64,000 bases of DNA from the NCBI GenBank assembly GCA_051294375.1, contig CM119263.1, positions 2,488,182-2,552,181 of the forward strand, given 5' to 3'. The position numbers and the translations under genes were made by a program. A model generated the notes under the pieces. That model did no database searches and had not been told where the DNA came from. It worked only from the letters and a program-made list of their open reading frames with translations. This document shows positions 33,729 through 49,000 of the stretch, one piece after another; the stretch's first letter is position 1; every line of letters begins with the position of its first letter. This stretch comes from Paraspadella gotoi. Lineage: Eukaryota; Animalia; Chaetognatha.

Positions 33729-36700
33729 ATTTCCGGCCAAATTTTTAGCTTCTTTTTCTGGTTTTTCGAATTTTTGTGAGTTTTTAACAAATACTAAAGT
33801 ACTAAATAATAAAATTGAAATAAACGATGTTGGGCTCAACTGAATAAAATAAGGAACATAGAATAAGAGCATGCTGTTACAACTATCGAAATATTCAAAG
33901 ACAATACAAGACGGAAAAAGAGAGATTACGTAAGTCAATTTTTCAAATTTTCATTCCTACATAATCACTCTCTCATAACAAAGACGACAGCAATTTCAAA
34001 AACCTTTTTGCTGTGATATTACAAAAAAATTATTTTTTTAAAAATTTTGTGTGCAATGCAAGTGTAAAAACACGATGGGTATTCTCTAATTCATTTAAAT
34101 CTAATTTCATGTCTAACTGAAAAATTAGTAAAATAAAAACAAGTCTATTGTGTAAGAGGAATTCATATATGTTTATTGTATAAACAATCATTTATAACAC
34201 ACTTTAAAAACTGTCGTTTCATGCCAACAAAACCAAAATCCTTTTCATCTAGAAATTAAATGAACCTTTTTATACATAACAGAACTTATCATTAAACCAA
34301 GGCCAAGCATAATTCAAGGTCCCGGTACAGCATGAAAAGACAGTTCCTGTAACCACAAGAAGTTCTCTTTTGTAAAAAACCAATGATAGTCAACAAAACA
34401 TCATTCAATTTTTGACAGACTGGTAAAGAATGAAATGATGCATCCGATAGTAAAGAGCAAATGAAACTTAAGAAAATTTAAATAGCAGCAACACATCGTT
34501 AACCTTAACTTAGATAATAACAGATGGTGTAGAAAAAAAACATGACATAACAAGTTTACTAACAATTTCAAATAAAAATATCGTGTACAAAAAATGTACT
34601 TTTTACTTGATGAATCGCTAAATCAAATTTCCCAGCATTGAAGACCCCAATAAAAATATTTAAAAAATTAAAAAAAATTATTAAAAAAGGGTACTTTTCA
34701 AGGTACAATTAAGTGTTAATCTTTAATAAGTTTGCGATTGGCTGAAGTATTAAGAAATAGTGAGTCATAATAAAATAGAGAAAAACAAGGTTAAAATCTT
34801 GACACCACAAGACAGAGAAGAGAACAGTTTGACTATAGTCCATACTCGATTTAATCAAACATGGTGTAGATTGATAATTATGAACTTTAATCGAAAGTGC
34901 TAAAACAACCGAATTATAAATTATAGTGCCTAATATTATATTTAACTAGTATTAAAACAATGATAGCAAGAATTTTCGAATTTAATGTTCAAATGTCAAT
35001 TATCGACTTAAATCATTTATAAGTGTAATAAAACTGATATTGCCTTACTTTAAAGGTATCACTTTGAATTATTAAAACGAAATATATGCAAAAATACATG
35101 GATTTAAACTCCTAGCGGTTGAAACTTTGCAAGTGAGTAGTTAACAGGTGTGTGGAAAATTGAGCTAAAAATGAATTAAATTTAAAAAATTTTAAAAATG
35201 AATAAGAAAGCTAATAAAACCTAATTTCTTTCGATCCTAAAAATAAATTCGACTAACAAGAAAAACAAAAAAGCTTTCATTTTCAGATATTTTAAAATTA
35301 TGGGTATAAAAAAATACAACTTATTTATAGACACCTATGAATTCGCTAAAATTTGTTAATACATTTTTGATTTGGAGGAAAAATAATAACCCGAATCACC
35401 AGTTAATATTAGCCAATATAGTTACACATTTAACATACATAAAGAGAACCTTCTGCGCTTCGTCCCCCTCAAAAAAAAAATTGTAGCAAAAACAAAGCAC
35501 CTTTATTCCAGAACACCTGCAACCCAACACCAACTGAATAAAATGAGTCTTCATAACCCTAAAAAGCATGGATGAAAAATTAAATGCATGATTTTTTGTT
35601 TTTTTTTAATAAAGTGGAAGCGTTCGAATGAAAACTTGGTGATGATCTGCGAATGGCATGCAGAGTAATTTTGAGGTTTATTTAGATCAACAAAAATTTC
35701 GCGAATTTTCTTGAAGCCCAAATTCCTTATTAATTTGAAAAACCAAGCTACGAAAATAGCTACGAAGGCGCATTATCTTAAAATAATGCAGATTTTCCTT
35801 AAAATGCGCAAAAGTTAAGCGCCAAATAGAGAATTAGTATAACCATTGGATGGCTACATGATTGTCTTTTAAACTATTATGAAAGGGCACCTATTGAGAC
35901 ATCTGGTTGTACGGATTTATAGTTGAAAATTATACCCAGGTAGATAGATGTTACACATACATATATATATATTTCTTTGGGAGATGGTATAGCCAACATA
36001 AACTTTATCTTTTAATTACTTGTGAAAAAATACTTATATTGAATTAATTTATATATAAACTTTTAACAACATCGTTTTAAAGTTTTGCAACGCGAACAAA
36101 CCCTCAATACCTTGTATCAAAGTTTAAATAAGCTAGCTTATCTTCGCAGAGCTAAACTCTGCTCTGTACTAGCGTAAAAACACCAACCGCAACGGAACGA
36201 CCTTGACTCGCAAACAAGCCCAAACATGACAATTAGAAGAGTATATTAGCTGGCATAATTTTTTTTCAATGTGATCTAAACTGAAACATTTTTAAGTAAC
36301 AATATTTGTTTTGTATTTCAAGACCTTTCGGGCACGACTTCAGGTCGAGCGTTTAAAATACTAAAAGCAAAAAACTTAAAACCAAACGTAAAACTGTTTT
36401 TGAAAAAAACTCTTAGCCATGGTAAAAAATAAAATCGTTGTTTGAAAACTTCACAAATTCTTTGTAATAAAAAACTCTTAAAAAAATTGTGGCATTAATC
36501 GAGAATTAACAAAACGATTCGCTAACCTTCAATATTAATATTCTTTCATCGTTTTTTCTAATGAACTAAAAAGCAAGGAGCTCTTAAGGTAATTTATATA
36601 AAGAAATATGATGGAAAACCAAAAAAAATAATCACTTGCTTTTTAAAAAAACATTGATATGTTTCATGGAACGTACAAAATTGCAAATTAGCCTTTTTTA

Positions 36701-36817
36701 AAATGCATATGATTATATTCCTTCCTCAATAAATAACATGCCCAATTAAAAATATACTTTCTCTTTTATCGACCAACGCTAATTATCTACTGGACAATTT
36801 GAACGTCAGCGAAAAAG

Positions 36818-37003
36818 TTAAATTGCTGTTTCTACACTGTTAAGATTGTTGACATTGCCATCGAGCCTGTCATACGAAGTGGGTTTGCGGTTCCTCGTAT
36901 GGAGAGAATGAAAACTATGAACAGAAGAAAAGCTTCGCCTGTCTAAACTTGAGGCGTCATATCGAGCGTCCAGTGCGTGGCGGAAGGCGTTAACAACGCG
37001 AAT
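36818..37003 (-). CDS. PMCA: PMCA alternative last exon, b-like, with class I PDZ ligand ([15 protein letters not shown]...VETAI*)
   Basis: tttacag| acceptor, exact IRVVNAFR motif, and C-terminal ETAI (compare ETSL/ETSV of vertebrate PMCA b forms). Confidence 0.9.
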   Translation of the reverse strand: MRVVNAFRHALDARYDASSLDRRSFSSVHSFHSLHTRNRKPTSYDRLDGNVNNLNSVETAI

Positions 37004-40000
37004 CTGTAAAGCGATATAGACAAATGTAATAGACATGGCGCCAATTGAGATTTATACGAACTTCGGGCCAACATAAAAAATTATCATAAATATGCAGGGT
37101 AACAAAAATAAATTAGTACAAAGCTGAAAAAAAAAAGCAGCAAACTATAAATATTTATAGTTCAAATTAGGTGAATCATAATTTAGAGTAATTGAAGGAA
37201 AGAATGTATTATTTATTAAAAGGGTGTGTACCACTAAAGACGGAGCAAAGTAAAAAGGTTGAAAAAGGGTTTGGTTTAAGGGTAAAATTATTTTAACACA
37301 GAACGAGTTGTGTATCGATCATGCGGATTCTTGGGTAAACAGTCGGAGGTTTAAATTTTACAGTAATTATTGTATATTTACACCACGGTGCGAATGATAC
37401 ATTTTAACCCAAAAAAAACTTTATTTTAAAAATTATCTTCAAAATTTTTAATTGTAATCTGTATTTGAATTAAATTTTTTTTTAAATAAAAGATGATCAA
37501 ACGTACATTAAAAAGGTATTTCAATGAAATACTTTTAATTTTTTTCCCCATAATTCCACCTTACGTTTAATCTTTTTCAAGCAACGTTTCTACAATAAAA
37601 TCTAATTTATTTAGTTTTAGTTACACAGACATTAAATATGTTACGAAAAAATCCAGGACTTAAAATTCATCCACTGGACGTAAATAAGATGTTTATATTG
37701 TCCTACCAATTGTATTTAGTCTCGGCACCGTGATGTAAGTAAACTCAGAGCAATCTAATTTATCTTTATGAAATATACAAAAAGTCAGGGATGAGTCTTG
37801 AGCAATGTAATTATCCTGACTGTGACAAAAAGGTACACACTTATTTTTAGTGTTATTTTTTATTTGAATGAGCGTTTCTTTGTGAAAACCCTAACCAACA
37901 ATTCGCACTTAAAAATTTTTTCTCTGAAAAAAAATCTTAGTTTAAACAATCCTCCAAATTGTCGCCTTTCCAACAAAATGCATGCCGACGAGACGAAAGA
38001 CGTTAGTCAGTGCATCGGACAAAGTAAGAATCGACAGGAAAACGAAAAGAAATAAAAAGTTAGCTTTTAACTCAAATTGACCCTTAAATTAAACAACCAA
38101 ATAAGACGAGAACACATCTAACGAAAAGCGTGTATTCTTTTTATAAAAAGAAATCTACAATATAGTTTTTTTTTCTTACCAGTTAAGGATTTGATGTGAA
38201 TCATAAGTTTCTAGTCATTCTGATATAGTTATCATTGGCGCCAATCTATTTTGGTTATGAAGCGACCTGAATTTGTTCAAGTTCGCGCCGCTCGGCCCCC
38301 GATCACCGCCTTCTACGTCCCCATCATCTATCATGGGCATATTCTCTATTGTCTCAACGATGGAGTCCTGTTTGAGAAGCGCCTCCGGCCGATTCATGGC
38401 CGAGAAAACTCTTCGGGCTTCGTCAGGCCGGACGCCGCGGGAGCTCCGACGGGCGGCCATCAGAGCGGATTGCAACGACATGGCCGAAGGCAGCGTGCCA
38501 CCGGGGGCGTGAACATCACCGGATTGAAAAGCCTTCACCGCTCGTATCTTTTTTTTTTTAATTCAAATTTCATTTTTAATCAGAAAATAACCCGGGGCCG
38601 GTAATACAGAGTTGAGAGCGAACCCAGAGTACGAAAGTGAAAGGAAGTAGTAATTCATGGAAATGAATGAAAGGGAGACGGGGAGACGAAATGAAATGAA
38701 GATTTTTTTTATTTGAAGAGGGGGGAACTGTGTTAGGAAAATATTCGATTACGAAGACTTGATCTATGCGGTTTTAATTTTAAAGATATATGTATTTTAA
38801 AAAAAAATATTAGGCAACCTATTTCAAAAAATTCAAGCAAAATAAATATCAATTTAAAAATATTTATAAAAAATTGAAGTGTGTTTAAATTTGAAGAAAA
38901 TTGACGAGAGTAAAATGACTGAAAAAAATAGCAGTTGATCTAAAGACAATATCTAGTTATAAATCACTTATTCATGGAAAAACTTTATTTTATTATATTG
39001 TTTATACCAATTATGGGAACATAGAATGAATTGTGATAATATTTATTTAACTTACATATGGCGTGGCTCTAGTTTAGAGAGGGATCAATACAGAAAAACC
39101 ACACATGATGAAATGTCACTACGTATACAGACCACAAGAACTTGGAGTATATCTATCATAATTACTGATAACTAAGGAGAGCCGTACTTAAATGTTATAA
39201 ATTAGTAAATCTTTGCACAAGTTTTTGGTTGTTTTACAAGAGCTAAACTCAAGTTCTGCGTTGGTCGTTTTTTTTCTTCTATAATTGGGTGTTGATGTCG
39301 TTTTTTAAATATTTGTATATTCTTCATTCACTCCTGAGATCATATCTTCGCCATGCCGGGTTCAATGAATGATAAATTATCAATATACTACCAATATACA
39401 ATATGCAGGAACAGTTTCAGAACGCGAGAGAGATATAAATATTAGAAATTCAATTTAACACTGTTAAACCATTTAAAATACAATTTATATGTTCAGTATT
39501 ATTAGACAAAAAGTAGTAACTCCTGTTAGTTACATCCCGCCGTCAATCAAACTATCAAACGGACGCGATTTAAAAAAGGTATCCTCTCAAAGTGTCAATA
39601 TAAAATAAAAATAATATTTTCTCGGGTTAGTAACCGACCGATTAACGAAGTCATTAAAATATCAAATTCTCCAGATTAAGTTTCTCAGAGAGAGAAACTG
39701 TTAAAAAAAAGCGTATATCATACGCGACGAGACGAGGTTTTTTTTCTCAAAAATAAAGAAAAAGAAAAGAGAATATGTCGAGGGTATAACTATCGGTGGG
39801 GAGAGGGATTTTATGATCGTCATCATCAGGCTTCGATCTCGATGGGAACCGCAGAGGAAGGGACGTTCATACTTTGAGTGTACGAAGCCGAGAGCGAGAC
39901 GGATTTGGCTTTGGAGGAGGCCAAGGGTTGAGGAGGATTGTAGCTGGTGGGAGAGGCCGTTCTGGACAAGTTCGAGGAAGAGGCGCGGGACTGCGGAGCG

Positions 40001-43000
40001 CCATGGCCCGAAGATTGCGCGTCGGCACTCTCCTTCGCCGCCTGCGACTTCCGGTGCTCCACTTGGCGCGCGATGGCGGCGAGGCTTTGAAAGCTGTGCG
40101 TGGAGCGTTTCTCCTCAAACTCGTTCATCGGCATTTTAAACGTGTTCACGACATGCAACTGCACGACGGCGCGACACCCCGACCCCAACAAAACCAGGAC
40201 GAGAGAATTAACGTTGAAAATTTTTGAATCGGAAAATAGAACAAAACGAAAGACGGGGGAAATGGGGGGGGGGTGTGGAGGATGTTGCCCGGGGAGATAT
40301 TGTATCGAGAAAGGGTTCCACGTCCGATTCGGATTAAAACAATTTTTAACAATTTTAGTGTTTGAAAAGTTTATTAGAAGGGCAGGCAGAAAAGGCATAG
40401 AAAGAAGGATACAAGAGGGAGAAAAGGTAGTAAAGGGTTTCACGTCCACAATTATAACGGAGGCAAAAAACAAAAAGGAAAATCGAGACAACGGGAAAGT
40501 AAATTATATCTTTATATATGGCCACTTCGATATCGTTTTAATTTTGTCCCGAAAAAGTAAAAAAAAAAAATTATTTAATTTTTCACGAAAAAGTACGATA
40601 ACTAGTGCATATACAAAAGCAAACAATATTATTGTCATTATTACTAGTATTTCGCTAAATAAACAAAATAATTATAGCTTAACCTATAAATGATGGAACA
40701 GCTGTTTGGCGAAGAGTATCAGACATGCTTATTTGAATTCATGCTTGATTTACCAATCAAATAACTCGAAGTATAAGATTGGGAAAAAAACTTTTGTCAA
40801 ATACTAAAGGTTCTTCTTTAAAAACCTATTAATAGGAAAAGTACAAACAAATCACTGCGCAGTTGATGAATTTGCTTCATGCATCAACCCAAAATAAACT
40901 TTTAGGTAATTCATAAGTCAACACTCGCAAATTAGTATTTTTATATACCTAGGCGAAAACATCAAAAACTAAAAATAAAAGTAATTATACATTAAATTGA
41001 CAGCATCTTAAGCACGAAACAGTAAGAATCACATGCATTCATTACTATGTTATACATATGCTTTATTACATATTATTACACAAATCTTACAGTTTCGTTT
41101 TTCAGTTGCCAAAAACACAAATTTGACCGAATTGAAACCATCCCAAAATAGTGACATTAACATAATAATAATTGAAAAAAGGGCGCGGAACGATTCAATG
41201 ATCCCGGTCGCTTAAATCCTGCATGGTGTTAGATGTGGACATTGCTGATTGGATAGAAGGAAATTGGTTCATTCTATTTTGGTAATTGCAGAGTCGAGTC
41301 TATATAGAGGAGCAGCAAAATCAAAAAAGGAAGTCAAAAATCAAGCGGGAAAAAAGAGAACGATAAATATACATAGGTAAATCTTTTAACTCTGTCACAA
41401 AATAAATTAACCTTTAAACTAACAATATATATACTTATAATTTCAGAATGTAAATACAATAGATTTATCAATAGCCATATAACAAATGTACATTGAGGTA
41501 AAATATATATTAATTAAGAATAAATAAAAATTATCTAAATTTTAAATAAAACTTACCTAATCGATAAAATTTTTTTCCACTTACCACGAAAGAAATGACA
41601 CCGAAAAACACATTTTATTAAAAAAAAAATTCCTTTTAGCAAAAGTTTTCTCATTTCGGAAATTCCCGATTTAATAATTTCCCGCACTTTCTTTTTGAGC
41701 TGATATTCCATTTCAATACCACTTCTTTGTTTAGCAATTAAAAAATCAAAGTATAGAGATCTTGCAAGCTGAATTTTAAAAAAAAGAAGTTTTATCAAAG
41801 TCTTTGACAAAGATTTTCATAAAAAATCGTCAATCCAGGATCTTCAATCCAAGATATTCAATCTAATTTGTCATTCTGAAATAGTCAATTCAAATGTGTC
41901 AATCCAAATATGTCATTAAAAAATGGCAATATAAGATCGTCAATATAAAATTGTTATTACTATAATATTAATGACTAATTAACTATACATTGATTTTTTG
42001 ATTATGTTAATGCATTACGAGTACTTAGCTGTCCAAACCAATGGGACGATCTGAGTTTCACCAAGCTATACGGGAGGCGAATTCTAACGTAACGTAACGT
42101 AACGTAACCTTTCTACTAAGTATTAACTAAAATGAACCATTATGACCAGAATTAAGACCATTTAAAACATCAGTGGGACAGACCCATAGACGGAGGCAGA
42201 CAGATTGACAGAGACCGTCAAATAAAAAAAGTGAGAGACAAAAACAAAAATTTTCAATCAACAAGAAATCTTGATTTATATTTTTAGATAGAGATTGCTC
42301 AATTGTTGTGGTCATGTAAATTTAATGAAGAGCCAATCGAAAGGTCATTTAAGAAACTAAAGACGATAATATTAAACAGTTTCCGGAAATTAAAATATTT
42401 CAGCTTTAATTATAATAGTCAGTCCAAGCTCCAAGGTGGAAGCCCCATGAAAAAAGAGTAAGATTAATTTTTAATGTAATAAAAATAGCCAAAACAACTA
42501 AAAAAAAATATTCATAATGAATTAACGAAATACTACAATAAAGTAGATTTAAGCATCTGTGAAGACAAAAAATGGAAATGAATCACTGGTATTGTCAAGC
42601 AAGGGAAACATGATAAAGAAAAGTTGAAAAATAAAGATATCATCACTGCAAAAGACGCACTGAAATGAGTTGAATAGACAGAATTGGCATAACAAGGAAA
42701 GGAAGTGAAAAATATAGATGGATATTGGATAATGCATAAATTACGGTAAGCCCACCCAAAATATTTCTGGGACTATTTATGTTCATGGCGGCGTATCTTT
42801 ACCCAATGGAATCTTAATTTCAAGAAGGGGATGTCACGCCAATCAAAATATTTGGTAAGCTTAAACCTTAATTCACGAGCTTCAAAGTTAACGCACATCT
42901 AGGAACTTGGTATACAGCAGTACTGCTGCTGCGACAGGTGGCTTTCCTTTCATGCACTGAACATATCACCATAATTGAGTTGACTCCAAGAAAAACGTGT

Positions 43001-46000
43001 CAATCGGGCCAATAACACAGTCCGCAAGTCCAGAGTATACTACGTTATAATTAGATTCAAACAACGATAGGTCTTTTAATCTTTTATAAAGATTATAATA
43101 CAAGATATCAGTCTTTTTTTTCTCTCCAAGAACGAAGATAGTTTGAGATGTGATTTTATAATGACAATATGAAGAAAAATTTAAGACAAATTACAATACC
43201 TACGTTATAATATCTTTGCAGAATATAAAATATAACAATAATATTATAAAATATAATCAACATTTCATATAAAATAAAAAGTATATTGATGATATTTCTG
43301 TTGCCCGCTGCTTTGTAAAAAAATTTTTTAAATTTGTAAAAAAATTATAAAATGAAATATTTTAATAATTTTAAGTATCATAAACATCAGATATCTTTTA
43401 GTTTAAGGATATTTACGGGAGAATTTGAATCTGTTTTTTAAAAAGTAATTACTCAAAACAATTTAAAACCTATTCAGTGCATAAACTGATGGGCTGAACT
43501 GACGATTAGTACAACTTTTGCAAGTTGCTTTTTGTCCTTGATGTCGATGTAAGGAAATATATGTTTAAATATGAATTGGGTAAAAAAAGAGTTGGTCACA
43601 AATTTCGCCTTGAGATGCAAGATGAATCATTCGGGATTTGAAGGGTACGATTTGGCACGACCCAAATTACAAATACGATTGATTCCTGTTTATTGATAAG
43701 AGAAATAAAATTGAAAATATTTTTAAAAATAAATGCATAATTTTTATTTACGTACCCTGTATTATATTTGTTAAGATATTTTCATTCGCATAAATCTTCT
43801 TGATAAACTGATAAACTTGTTTCCAAACAGACTGACAGAGCAACCAAAAACCAGTGAACCGATAAAAACTAATTAGGATAATGTAAACGAGAGATAATTC
43901 TGTATTATTTTGGTGCTGACCGGGAGTTTCCTTCTTGCATGATCACCCATCAACAAAACGTGTTTCAACTTTAAACTGCCTTAAATGGACATGACACCTC
44001 TCTTTTAACTTGTTTCAACGTCTGATGTAAGTTATGCTCACGGAAGAATTTTAAAACTAACGGAAGCAAAGGAATTTATAAATATATATATATATATTTT
44101 TTTTTTAGAAAAATCCTAGTTGTAATAAAATTAAATTAAAGAATTATTAAAAATGATTTTTGAAACTATTTTTTTTTTAATTAAAAAACACCATAATTAA
44201 CATCTCGTAGAAATAATTTCAAAATTATGGATTCTGAGGAAAAAAATTGACAGATGTGGTAAAGAAATGGTCTAAAAAGTTTACCTTGCTATTCAAAAAC
44301 AAAAAATTATTGAAATAAAATGACTCAAATTGAACTTTTTTATATGAAAAAATATTTTTTTTAAATTATTTTTACAAATTAGTACAGACATTTACGAAGT
44401 AGTTCAGACATTTCTTGCACCATAGAATTATTATAAGATTTCTCTGCATAATTTAATCTGAAAATAATGAACAAGCCAAAATACCAGCTAATATGTAAAT
44501 GGCAAAAATTCCACATCTAAAAATAATTTGATCTTAATAATAAAAAACCCGTTACAAAATCCTAAAATAATGAAACTGAATGAACCATTGCTAACCTTGG
44601 TTTTTTTTTAAACACTTGTCAATTCATACAAACATTTAATGAAATATATATATTCACGATTTTTTTCACAAAAAAAATCGAGAAACAAATAACATCAACA
44701 AGTTGTGACAAAATCGATGGCTAATAAGTTTCATTTCATAAAGAAACCCTTTCAGGAAAATAAATGTAATAAATAATAACTCTTGCTAAGCTAATCCTAG
44801 CAAGAACGAAGCAACTTGGAACAATCACAGGAAGCATTAGTTGAGAAATCATGAAACCAAGTATAACTTCAGGATGCCTATTGATGTAAATTAATACAAC
44901 CAAATAAGAGACTTCAACATTACGAGACTCATAAGGGTTTTGGCAATCCATCCATCACAATTTAGTAAAAAACAAAGGAAACATTAGATACACAAATTAA
45001 TGACAAAACAAAACATTGAAAACAAGACTATAAATACCTACAATGCCCTTCATTTCCCAAAATAAGACAATTAAAAAAGATTTCTTAAAATGTACTGAAA
45101 ATAAAGGACATTTATTCGCAGATTTGAGCATCTTGAAACGCAATACAAACAATACAAACATTAAGATAACAGTTAAACATAGTTTAAATTTTTATACCCC
45201 TTCTTTAAATAAACTACTAAAGTAAATGCTATAAACCTGAGCATAGAAGAGCCACATTTTTACTTTAAGGCAATTTAATTTCAAAAAAATCCCTGTTCAA
45301 TGATGTGATAAAAAGTGATTTGACAGACATTGATACGAAAATATATAAAGAACACTTGCTTTTAAAAGTTCAATTTTTTTTAAAGAATTATATATCACCG
45401 CAATTTTTTTAAAACCAAGTTGTAAAACAATTTTTATGAAAAATACTGGAGTATTAACATTCGATTTGAAAAAGAAAAGTTTCCAAAATTTATTAACATA
45501 TATAAAACCTATTCACCTATTCAGTCATTAGATAATCTTAATAATACGTAATAATATTTTTAATGATTACAATTCAAAACCGATTTTAATTTAATTTTTT
45601 CCAGAGCTAAAATTTTTTTATCATTCTTTAGACTTGTAAACCCTATTATTAAAGTAAAATTGTGACGCTGTTTTCAGGCAGGTCTGTAAAATTGTTATCA
45701 TAAAAACATTGGTACTAGTCGATCTTAAAAAAAAAAAAACATCTATAGTACCATATTCCCAATTTGTCTCAAAGATACTCAAATCCAAGTTAAAATAATA
45801 TTGAACTTCATCATAAAAAACTTCAAAACGAAAAAAGTTTTAATCAAAAACATGTCAACATATATAAACAGTCTGAAACGCACAAAAAAGCTCGGTTTAC
45901 ACATTAATAAAAATCGATCGGTTATTTACCCATGATTTTACTAGGGATTTGTAATTAAATGACAAATTCTGACCGAAAACTAACTTTTGTTGTCAGCTTC

Positions 46001-49000
46001 ATGAAAACTTTAGTTTTAATTTACTAATAAGATCCCTTAATTTTTTAATTCACTTCTGTTTCTAATGATCAACAAATTTAATTTACAGTTTAATGAAAAG
46101 AATTCCCAGTGCATAATTAAATTAGGGATGTCCTATATCGCATTTTAAGAATTGAAACACCTTTAAATAATACTGCCACAGAGCTCAAGTATGAATGAAG
46201 TAAACTTTTTTAATAATTTCTTTAATTGTAATGGCCATACATGCTCTTGATTCAAAGTTCGAGTTTTGAAGTTCAGAAGTTCAGAAATAAAATCATTAAA
46301 AATAGCATGTATATGGGTATCCAATATTTGAAAATCTAAGACAAATAACATCAATGGGTTAGGGGTTAGAAAAGGGCATAAGAAATTGTTTTATAAAGAA
46401 TTTTAAAAACTCAATGAATATATTAAAAAAAAAATAGGAACATAAGGTATAAATTATGAAAAATAAAATTAGTTAAAAATAGTAATAAAAATTATCTTAT
46501 CTATATAAATAGTTTTAAATACATTAAAGTATATATTAGAAATAATTAAAAATGAACCTCTATGTATAAGCTTTTTTGATTAAATTTTGTGTACAATAGA
46601 AGTTTTTAAACAATTTCATTATAGGGTATAAAAAATCGACTGAACAACCAAGTAAGGTAAACTGGATGCAAAAAAATTTCCAGAAATGCTCTAGCAGTTT
46701 TTTTTGGAAAATTCAAATGAGAAAGTAAGAAAGAGAATATGTATCAATACCCTTGAATATACTAATTTCAGACTTTTAAATGTTTTACATCTTCAGCACC
46801 AGCAAAGTTTTTATTGTCATACATAATATTTTGAGATTAAAAAATTAAGGTATTACTTTAAAACAATCTAATGATAATATATTCTTATATCTTATACTTA
46901 TACTGTATAAATACATCTGAGAAAAAACTCCTATGAAATGTACTGAAAAATTGAAATGACAACAAAGATCAGCAACAACTTACTTGCAATTACAAAAATA
47001 TTTTTGGTGTTTGTTACTATATTGAAATTAATATTAGCTAAAACACTCCAAAATTGTCAAGATGTTATCTCAACATCGTTAATAGTTAACTGCACAAAAG
47101 AAATAAAAGAATATTACATTCTCCCGAATGTTTTAAGAGGTGTATCTCATAATTATGATATAATAAATGTTTCTAAGTATGTTTCGAATTTGATTTCAAA
47201 ACAATGAAAAAATTTTAAATGATGATACCGACCAACGTCTTACTTAAGTAAAGATGACAGGGAATGGGGGTTATGGTTATGGGTACAGCAATCAAAAAAA
47301 AAAAATTAAATCAATGTCCAAAAAGAGGAAGATGCATGCAAATTATGTATAAAACAAAATTTTAAAGATTAGTTTTATTATATTAAATTTTTAAGTTTTA
47401 AATAAGTGCTTTTTCCCGTAGTCCAAAAATCTTTATAAATCAATGGAATGGACCTTGTAATGCGTTTGATCATTCACTTTTTTGATCATCTGACAATCAC
47501 AGGCAACTCCAGCCTAACGCTGACAAAGGGCCGACAGAGATAGAGGTCAACGGCCGATTAATTATTTTATTTTCAAGTTCTTGAGATATGTTGTAAAGAG
47601 TGAGATATCCCTAGACAATCTTGGCCTTTGACCCCTTGTTCCGTCGCTTTTGGTCAATGGTCAGAGGTAGACTGTCGTTTGTCCATTGGTCAATTCCGTT
47701 GATGAAATTTATTAAATAAAAGAAATTGCTTCAAATGTTAACAATGTAACATACTATTTCATTTTAATTAACTAATAAAATACAGAGATGAAAAAAACGC
47801 GCATAGTTCCTCAACCCTGATAATATGAAACTAACTACTCGAATCTACAGCAATTAGGCTGCTGCTGAGTTAGTCACAACTTCTTGCAAGGTTAGGCATA
47901 CTGAGTGTCTACAACACGCATGCATAAATACTAAATAGAGGGACTGAAAAAATAAAATCTTGAAAGTCAGAAAATATTCTCAAAATTAATAATTCTAACT
48001 TTCAAAATAGTCATATAACCATGGTTAGCACTGGATAAAATGTGAATAAACACTTTTGAGAAGATATTCACGTCAGAGTTGAACTATTTTACATTTTCGT
48101 TTTATTGTTTAATTTAAGCCAAGAGAGACAAGCCACTTGATAATCCATTCTGTGTTGCTAATAAAATGAAAAATATGTTTTCTTAAAACAAAATACATTA
48201 AAATAAATATTTCAAATAATATTTTTCATCAATTTTTACAAAAATCTATTTTAAGTAAGCTTAAAAAGGTGTTTATAAATATAATCAAATCTGACGTGAA
48301 TATTACTTCTAAGAAATTGCTGCCGCGAAAATACTAAAAAGGGCTATTGTGAAATTGTGAACAAAACAGTGGTAATGAAGGCAAATATGGAATAAGGCGC
48401 ATAATTGCTACAGTATCGCACAAAACTCTGCGACAATGAGCAATGAGAGAATTAAAAAAAAATAAATTGAATGAGGTCAAACTCACCTGCGTCTGGAGTC
48501 GAGTGAGGCCTCTGATCCAGAGGATCTGTCCGCGCTTGAGCTCCGGCGGAGTTGAAATGTCTTGTGGCATTTTCTCACTTCCTGTTTGAATCGGCTCCGG
48601 TTCTGGCTCAGGCTCCTCCACGAAAAATCTGGCCGGGATGACCTCATCCGGGACGCAATTCACCACCTGCAAAAAATATTACGATACTACAGATATAATA
48701 TAAAAATTTCTTTTCGTCACTGACCACAACAAAAGAAACGACAACGTTGATGACGACGACGACGACAATAACGCCGATAATAATTAATTGACGTATTAAT
48801 TAATTTATTGAATAATTAATTAATTAATGAAAAAATCGATTGATTGAATAATTGATTGATCCATCGCCTAATTAATTAATTATTGATTAATTGATTAATT
48901 AATACATCTTGCATTCACATTTAATATAAAAAGAAAATAAGGCTTAATAAATTAGTGAAACAGGTTTTTTGTTTTTTCCATTTAAACTCATTTCTACTCG

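Noticed and set aside
40100-40693. 197-aa + strand ORF and the upstream extension of the 221-aa - strand ORF
   Set aside because: Only the part downstream of the acceptor at 40159 has PMCA-tail homology; the rest is intronic or antisense.
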